NCBI RefSeq assembly: GCF_032062105.1
Contig: NW_026939235.1
Coordinates: forward strand, 1 to 64,000
DNA: 64,000 nt
Direction of reading: 5' to 3'
Origin: Saccostrea cucullata
Taxonomy: Eukaryota
Shown here in pieces: positions 56,114-64,000 of this stretch. The notes beneath the pieces are model-generated. The model did no database searches. It was not told where the DNA came from and saw only the letters and a program-made list of their open reading frames with translations. The translations under genes were made by a program, and so were the position numbers. Numbering within the stretch: the stretch's first letter is position 1; each line of letters starts with the position of its first letter.

Positions 56114-59100
56114 CTAGTACTTCGCAGAAATCTGCTGACAAATCCTTAAGATATGCCATGATATGTTTTCGTCAATGACACAAGGAGGCTCTAAATAGTC
56201 AAGATAAACTACTGACTGAAGTTCTTGTAATGCTGATTGTGCTTTGACTGGATCAATGTGTATGAAGCAAAAGGACTTCAACATGTGTAACAGTAGAATC
56301 CTTTGAATGAACAAAACGCTCTGATTTCCGATGCTATTTAAACCGCATTGTTGTTTTAGAAACAATTCTTTGATATAACAGAAGCTCTTTTCAAGTTTAA
56401 TTGTCCCCACCTCAAGTATTTTCATCTTGTTGATAAAGATATATGTTTTACTTGCATTGACCTCTTTGTCTCTAAGACCTTGATACAAGTCCTTAAGATA
56501 TATCTGATTTAGCTTGACATTTGTCATCTCTAAAGTAGATAAAGCGTCCATGTATCTACACATTCTGTAAAAGTAAATGGATAAAAATAACCTATCTAAA
56601 ACCTCGCCGAATTTAAATTCTAATTTCAGGATGGACCTTGATATTTTTTCAGCTTTATTTCTACTGTTGTTAAAGTACTCTTTGTGTAATAAAAACGCAG
56701 TGTTATGAAGCACAGTCTTTACCATTTTTTGTAGCAGGGCGGCTTGATACTGTGTCAGTGGCCTATTTATCAATTGTTCAAGTTTTTGTAAGGTTTGTAT
56801 GCAATTGTGTAGATCGTATTTACATAATAAATTGCCTATTCCCAATTCTTGAAATGTTGTTACTATCTCGGAGATAAAAAATTGTTCATCTATACGATTA
56901 TTCTGACCGGGGTTATTCAGTTCATGAAACAAATAGGGTCTGATGAAGGAACTCTTCAGCAGGGCTGCCAGCCCTTTTTCGTACAACGCATATAGTCTAG
57001 TAAATAAATCATTTTGTGCTTTTCCATGTATAATACCCAAAAACATGCTGTTTTCTGGAATGAAAAAGTTAGGACAAACTCCTTCATATACACATTTTAG
57101 GATAAACTTAAAGCAGACCCAGAAACACTCTAACAGATTTTGAGGACACCACTCTTGAATTGTGTCTTGCTGAAGCACCCAGAAAACTGCGGTTTTCATG
57201 TGATATGAGCACAATAATTTATCCGCAGTACCTATACCATCGTTTTTAACCTCTTTTAGGAACAATTTAAGCAAGCCGTATGTAAAAAACTTACAGTGAT
57301 TCATTGAGTACACAAGTTTCTGTTCTGCAAGAGAAAAAGAGATTCTCCATTCGTCGAACTCATAATTCCCTTGTTTGTGTCCTATTGGTACGACGTGACA
57401 TCCATTTTTCACTATTTCATTAACTAATTGATATCCCGGCCAGACGTGAGATCTGGCTATCCACTGAGAGGCTGATGGTGGCCAAATGTCACACGCAAAG
57501 CAATGAGCAACGTCATATTCCATATTGTTTATATAACCTCTAGTACATGGTCCATGTTCGGTAAAATCATCTGGTACTACTCCGGAGAGCAGTTTTCGTT
57601 TTAGTGTAGAACTAGATATGAAATGTCTGTTAGTCCTAAAGATACATGCTCTTTTCACACATTCCTTACAAACAAGTAGCGTGTATCCTGGTGGGCTTTC
57701 AGAGCAGTCTGAAAAAATCAATGTATGTTGACCTATGTCGTAATTAAAACCCTGATTCATGTCCTAGATAACTTTCTCGCTTTTTGGCCAAACCATAACG
57801 TCCGTATCTGATCCCGTGAATCTGAATCCTTCTCTGCGACTTCCAGTTGCCATTTGAATGGTCGGAATTTGCGATAAAGGTGACTTTTCTATCATGTCCC
57901 TTAAATCTGCAGCATCCCTTCTCATGGCAACTTGTTGCGGAGTCCCCACAATTTGACACAGTGCCTTAAATACTGACTCTGACATATATTGTATACTGAC
58001 GTCCCTTTTGAAATGTAAAATAAGGAAAAATATAGTTGAAAATACATTAAAATTGTTGATTTTTTTCATTTAAGTTTAAATTGGTAGAAAAAAATTTTGA
58101 ATTGTAAGTTTTCAAAGTGTTTTGGTCTTCAAAAATGGATGTTCTCCCAAAATTTACTTTATTAAAACATTATTTTCGGATTAAACAATAAGTAGAAAAA
58201 AAATCAAAAATATTTGTGGACTTTTGAAATATTTAGCCTGAAAAAATCAAACACTTTCGATATATGCACAATTAAGAAAACAGAAAAATAGAAAAATAAT
58301 TTATTTCTTAAAGTTTAGAAACGTTAGTTCCCTACACATTAAAACTCGGTTATTGCGAAGTTCTGAGGACTTGTGAATGTAATTTGCTACATCCGTATTT
58401 CGTTGTATTCGTATAACGAATTAGTAAATCCATATCCGTGTTCCTATTAAACGAGTGTTACTGTAGCTTAATGTTAATCAAATCACTAGTATGTTTTTTT
58501 TTCTTTAACGAGAATATTTGATATTCTTAACTTTTCTTTTGTGATACTGCCATCGACCTGATGCACGCGCTCATTCAATATAGACTACTGTGGAAGTGTA
58601 AATGTTCATGGATTTCATTAGTCTCACTTTTCCATTGATTTATATCCCCATGAATAATTTCTTTTTTTAATTTTAATTTGAATCTTCTATAAATATGACC
58701 GAGTTACCATGTATGGTGTCCGAATATCAATCTTACGATCTCATTACATATGTTTGATTTACTTAGAAAGCAAAAATAAAGCAGAATTTAATATAAACAT
58801 TTTCTTTAATTGGAAAATTTCTCTTGTAGTTTTTAAAATCAGTCTATTGTTATTGTTCTGTCGCATATGAATAAACTTTAAAAAATTCTTTAAACCATTG
58901 TTTACGTAATTCGTTTCAGTTGAAATGACATAGCACTATTAAATATTAATCAAGAAATCAATATTTGTTTTTCTTTTAAATATATAATTTATTTCTGGAG
59001 AGATATGAGCAATGTTTCTAGAATGAAATAATTTCATCTTTCAAAAACAAGCTAATAAAAGCTTCACAACAAAATTGTGTTTTTTTTCAAGTTAAATCAT

Positions 59101-59317
59101 GAATAAATAAAAATCATCCAAAAAAAAAAAACTTTAATGAATAAAATGTACTTAATAAACAGTGATAACAATACTTTTTGCTAAGCAGAAATAAAACGAG
59201 CATTGAAATACAGATTCATGTTTTAAGAAAGCGGCTATCATAGGAAGGATAATTTTCACATAAAATTAAGAAAAACTAGAATATTACTCACGTCTGCGAA
59301 AGAGTGTCTGTATCCAT
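56114..59317 (-). pseudogene. cGLR copy F; exons 59317-59292 and 58004-56114; in-frame TAG at 57764-57766; last ~40 codons lost
   Basis: GSRREG..SDTDVMVWPKSEKVI*DMNQ, where paralogs have KVIWD. Exon 1 ATGGATACAGACACTCTTTCGCAGAC|GTGAG joins CAAAAG|GGACGTC in frame. Homology ends at CQQISAKY*. Confidence 0.88.
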
Positions 59318-62104
59318 TTTTTCTGATTAAAAATTTCCAGTAAATTTATAAAACCTTAGATAGATCGAAAAATCCTACAGGAGTATTTTTAGTTCGTAGC
59401 AAACTTTAAATTTCGCAATACGATACGTAGTAGGCCCATTATGATCAATCAATATTTATACGTGTTTTCTCCGGTAGTCAATCAAGGGTCTTGTATATAA
59501 AAATGCATGTGTTTCAGCTAAATGATATATTTAGATGAATCTAGACCATCCCATTACCTGAGTGGTTACTGAAATGTCAATTTTTAGTAGACTTTTAGTT
59601 ATCTTATGAACTCTCTAAACTGTGGATTTTCTTTATCTTCCATTTATTTAATGACACAGTTTTAATTTGATTGATAGATTGGACATATTTCAATGTTCAC
59701 GTGTTTTGCAGAAATAACTACATGTATATATTGTTGAAGCGTTTTTTTAGCATTATAAAGCTTTATGCATTCATATTTTCTTCTGAGAGCAAATTTGTTA
59801 GGTGTTGATTTTGTTGACAGCTAAGTATGTATTCAAAAGAAAGCTCATATCGTAAATTTGTTGTTACAATATTCTTATCCAAACTTTAATACAAAAGAAT
59901 TTGTCTGATGTAAATGTATTTTTCATTTGAGGGTACAGTTTTGAAGGTATTGTTTTTAGATGCGATATTTCATGCTACCTTTACAAATGCTCCTTTTACA
60001 AATAAGTACATGTATATAAAAATGTTTTTCAGACATTCAGGTTATCATTGATATAGATGCATCTTAAATATACCTCTCACAATTTGAGACTATATAATTT
60101 TATATTTACAATTTTAAGAAAAGGGGATTTCGATTTCCCTACAAATTTAGTTCATTAATATACATCGAGTTGTATTGGCTACAAATTAAAAGCTAAATGG
60201 ACTATTTATCTCGTGGAGGCGAATTAAGACTTTGAAGACTGTAAAACGCTTTAAAGGGCATTCAAGACATCACAGAAAGATTTACGTTTATCTCTGACGA
60301 ATTTATTGCGACAATCTCTCCCTCACTAAGGGTAGCTTGACCTGCTGGGAAAAAAGGAGCAGACATATAAATTATGTAAATGTATAGTAAATCTCAGAAA
60401 AAGTGGACGTTTTAAGAATTCGTGTCGCGACTGACCACTAGTTGTATCGCTATCTGTCACCACTGCTGAGGTCTTGGACATGTTTACACGTACCAGTTGG
60501 GGACACATGTCTATAAATGACTTAATGTAGAAATAACGGTAAAGAAAAATGGTTGTCAAAGAGAACTTTCAAACGAATCGTATGCTTAGTGTTAGAGGGT
60601 GCAATACTTTTTCTTTAACATTGATGAAAATTAAACAAAGAGTTCATGAAATAAGAATTCATCCATAAATTCATAAATCTTAATCAAAATTGGGTTGTTT
60701 GATTTCAAAAATGAATTTATTTTATGAAAAAAAAACGATAGTTTGCGATATATTGAAGCCCCCACCCACCCACCTAAAAAAAAGTAAATAAATTAATTAA
60801 TATTGCTTTCGTTCATTTAACACATATGTCATTTAACAAATATTAGTAAAAACTTCATACTGAGAGCAGATTTTCAATTCCCAAGTAAAGGATGAAAATG
60901 TTTTAAAAGAATTGAAACCTATAACCAAATCAAAAATTAAAAATTGTCAAAGTTATAGAGAATATCTGTAAATTTGTTAAACAATGCAAATATTTGTTCT
61001 TTATTTTTTTGCTAAAATTTCAACGTATGTATGAAAAAATATACAATATATTGCTTATAAGGACATCTGTAAGAAAAAAAATATTTAGGAAAAACTTAGG
61101 ATCTTTGATCGGAAAGTCTTTAGTCAACAGCTCTTCGTGTTTAATTGTTGATTAATAATAACAATTCATAAAATTTTCTTTTGTATAATGTTTATATCCC
61201 AGCTTTAAATAATTTATTTCTGAACAACAAAATAATCCGCTTCTTAGCGTGCATTTTTTTTTTCAAAAATAAAGCTATTATATAGTACATTGTGAAAATA
61301 AATTACAAATACTTTATAGCATATATATATATACATTAGCTATAAAAAAAAATATCCCTTTTGATTTACAAAATCCTTCATACAGTCTTATTTCTTTCAA
61401 TATCGCTAATAGTACCTCTCCCTTTCATACTGCACACCTTAGAGCACAAAAAAATTCACAGTTTCTTGATGTTGTCATTCAGAAGTTATAATAAAGAAAC
61501 TTTTTATCATTAAATAATTAGTATGGCTTGTCAAAGAAGGATATGGATAAAGAAAAATATCTCTTAAATAATTGATATTATTTTTCTCAATATGATTTTC
61601 ACACAAAAAAATGATGCCATAAATTAGGAAGTTTTGTAGAGCTCTTACTATTTCTACGTAAGTATTAACAGAATTCCTTAAAATTGTAAATAACATAAGA
61701 TTAGTATAAAACTCTATAAAAAAATCTTCCAACAATATCAATAATAATTCAAAAATGATAATAGCAAATTCAAAATCTTAAAGTTTCTCCGATGGGATAA
61801 ATGCCATTTATCCTAATTAATTTCTTATTTATAATCTTTTTTAAGAAAGGATACAAATATGTACATTTTCAAACTTTGTTTATTTCTATATTGATTTCCA
61901 TTAAAGTTCAAGCTTTTGTTCAAGAAATGTAACGACAAAGATACTCTAGTCATCTAATAAAGACAGGTGTCTCAAACACATCTTATCAGTGCAATTATCA
62001 GATACCATTTCCTATCTTTATTAATTCAAAGACGTCACACATTTTCAAAGTCGTTTCATTCTCTTAAAATAATATACCCCTACATGTATCACATGACCTT
62101 AAAA

Positions 62105-64000
62105 TCACTTTTTCCTTCCAAACACTTCTGAGATACGAAAGCCTTTTCTATTTGCATTGCTAAATTCCTTATATTGTATCGTATTTTCGATTGGTTCGCG
62201 CACAAAGTTCTGCGACTGCGCATTGTATCCAAAAGCATTACCAAACGCTTCGGTTGGCGAAGGCTGTGTGGGGCCATCTCCAAAAAAGTTGTTTAGATAA
62301 TCAGGGGAATTTGGCTGTTGCTGCGGCTGTTGATACATTTGTTGTTGGTGTTGCTGCGGTTGTTGATATATTTGCTGCTGATGTTGTTGTTGTGGTTGTT
62401 CATAGTGGTTATAAAAAGAAGGCGGTGCTGATGACATTACATTCGGTGGAGTGGTTGTGATCGGCTGTTGATAGCGAGGCATGGTTGGATATTGCCGTTG
62501 TGAAGGTTGTGGCCTTCTGTTCATATAAGGCTGAGTTGGAATAGGCTGGTGATGATATACCGGAGGCGTTGCTATCCTTTCGTGTCGGAACCCTTTGTTA
62601 CTATCAATGGGGTAGACATCCGGAGGAACTTGGGTAGGCAGGGAATGAACAGGTGGGATTGTCTTAGGAGGTAATTGCGTTGGCAAATCTGTGGTTATTT
62701 TAGGTTTCGATGATTTCACATGGACTCCCATCAAATCTAATTTTGATTTCTTGGATGATGAAGGTACTTTGTTCTGTATTTCGAATACACCATGTGTTGT
62801 TATCGTGGAAGATTGTTTTACCTTTTTCTGGTGCTGAGGTGCTTGTTTTGGTGGACTTTGCCTTGAGAAGTTTATCTGCACCTGTCTATTGTTTTCTATT
62901 CTATTTTGGCGCTGTATCGTAGGATAACTCCTGGCTTTTTCAGGACTGTTCTGTATAGGTTTCGGAGAACGTGGCTGATTTTGTAATTGTTTCTCAACTC
63001 TTTGTTGTTTTTCCTTTGTCTTTGGTCTCTGCTGCTGCCTTTGTCTACCTAGTTTAGCATCATTCTGTCTCCTTGGAGCTGGAGTAGGGGGTAATCGCCT
63101 TATAATGTTTTTCGTTATTGGTGATAATTTCGGCTTTGGTGTTACTTTTTCCACAGACACTGACACACTACTGCTCTTTGCTACTTGTCCGGAAACAGCT
63201 TTTATGGACACTTGCGTATTTATCTTGCTCTTATCAGAGGTCGTATTTTGCTTCACGGTTTGTGTACCATTGGTTTTGATAACGTTCAAAGCTTCTGTAG
63301 CCATTGTAGAAGGTGGGGCGTTAGTCGTTGTTGTAGTGGTGGATGGTTCGTGAATAAGAAGCTTTACCAAATTCATGAGCTTTGCTAATGTTTTTGCAGA
63401 ATGCCGCACTGGAGAGTCTGTAGTTGCCGGTAGCGCTTGGGTAGTGGTCAGCTGAATCATATCAAAAATTCGGAAATCATAGAGATTCGGGGTAGTTGGA
63501 GGCTTCGGTGACGTAAAAGAATCATGTAAAACTTGGGCAATTTTCGCTGCAACGTTTTTCACAGGTTTATTTGTTTTGGCGGACGAAAACCTGATGATAT
63601 CAACGAGATTTAAAATACCACGTACAACTGAAGTAGGTATACTACCAACAGTTTCCTTAAAACCTTGATAGAACGAAGGTGCAGAGTTTTTAATGGAACG
63701 GAACACATTATAAGGAATATTAGGCATCCAGTATTGGACTCCATGTAGAACTTTTGATGGAATTCGTGAAAGTGAAAATTGTAGAAGGTTCATTAACTCG
63801 TATGCTTGGTGCGAAACAGCTTCAAATAACGTTGGATCGCGGAAATGCTTCAAGTCCATTACATTGGTACCAAAACCAATCGTGGTATCAATATAACCAG
63901 GGTCAGATGCTGAGTATATTCTCTCTTCCGGCTCCTCGGGTGGAGCTGGTTGTCCCATATGGGCATTCTGGTGAATTGCATGAACTCTTTGATTAGGACC
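62105..64000 (-). CDS. 3' part of a Pro/Thr/Gln-rich low-complexity protein (5' end outside the window)
   Basis: Frame is open to the window edge (>630 codons) with higher GC than the flanks. Thr- and Pro-rich linkers, a basic Gln/Lys/Arg segment and QQP repeats; ends FGRKK*. Confidence 0.8.
   Translation of the reverse strand, partial: GPNQRVHAIHQNAHMGQPAPPEEPEERIYSASDPGYIDTTIGFGTNVMDLKHFRDPTLFEAVSHQAYELMNLLQFSLSRIPSKVLHGVQYWMPNIPYNVFRSIKNSAPSFYQGFKETVGSIPTSVVRGILNLVDIIRFSSAKTNKPVKNVAAKIAQVLHDSFTSPKPPTTPNLYDFRIFDMIQLTTTQALPATTDSPVRHSAKTLAKLMNLVKLLIHEPSTTTTTTNAPPSTMATEALNVIKTNGTQTVKQNTTSDKSKINTQVSIKAVSGQVAKSSSVSVSVEKVTPKPKLSPITKNIIRRLPPTPAPRRQNDAKLGRQRQQQRPKTKEKQQRVEKQLQNQPRSPKPIQNSPEKARSYPTIQRQNRIENNRQVQINFSRQSPPKQAPQHQKKVKQSSTITTHGVFEIQNKVPSSSKKSKLDLMGVHVKSSKPKITTDLPTQLPPKTIPPVHSLPTQVPPDVYPIDSNKGFRHERIATPPVYHHQPIPTQPYMNRRPQPSQRQYPTMPRYQQPITTTPPNVMSSAPPSFYNHYEQPQQQHQQQIYQQPQQHQQQMYQQPQQQPNSPDYLNNFFGDGPTQPSPTEAFGNAFGYNAQSQNFVREPIENTIQYKEFSNANRKGFRISEVFGRKK

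Noticed and set aside
3679-57760. Bacterial CBASS-like operon interpretation
   Set aside because: Spliceosomal introns, animal transposons and no Cap effectors; these are metazoan cGLRs.

Overview
AT-rich eukaryotic DNA, most likely a bivalve (oyster-like). This is inferred from the repeat types (Helentron-associated element with a ~166-170 bp internal array, MESC/Meta-type SINE, Crypton-like and Penelope-like remnants) and from the gene content. The window is dominated by a minus-strand tandem cluster of Mab-21/cGAS-like receptor (cGLR) genes with a C-terminal helical extension: four near-full-length copies (A 3.7-6.9 kb, C 18.1-21.3 kb, E 42.1-53.5 kb, F 56.1-59.3 kb), a 3' half (B) and two remnants. 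The ORF track misses a 26-nt first coding exon that is present five times and splices in frame to exon 2 in all four long copies. Every copy is interrupted. A, E and F carry independent in-frame stops clustered at the catalytic motif. C keeps an intact 390-aa catalytic core but is frameshifted before the C-terminal domain, and its exon 1 lies inside a ~0.55-kb inverted duplication. Also present: an intact class A GPCR and a decayed inverted copy; a spliced ShK-TSP1-(Gly-Lys-Arg peptide) secreted-protein gene on a 5.2-kb segment missing from the paralogous block; a spliced DDE transposase-like gene with a predicted Tudor/Spindlin-like C-terminus; many MITEs; and the last exon of a Pro/Thr/Gln-rich protein at the right edge. 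All family calls come from motif recognition by eye; no database searches were run.
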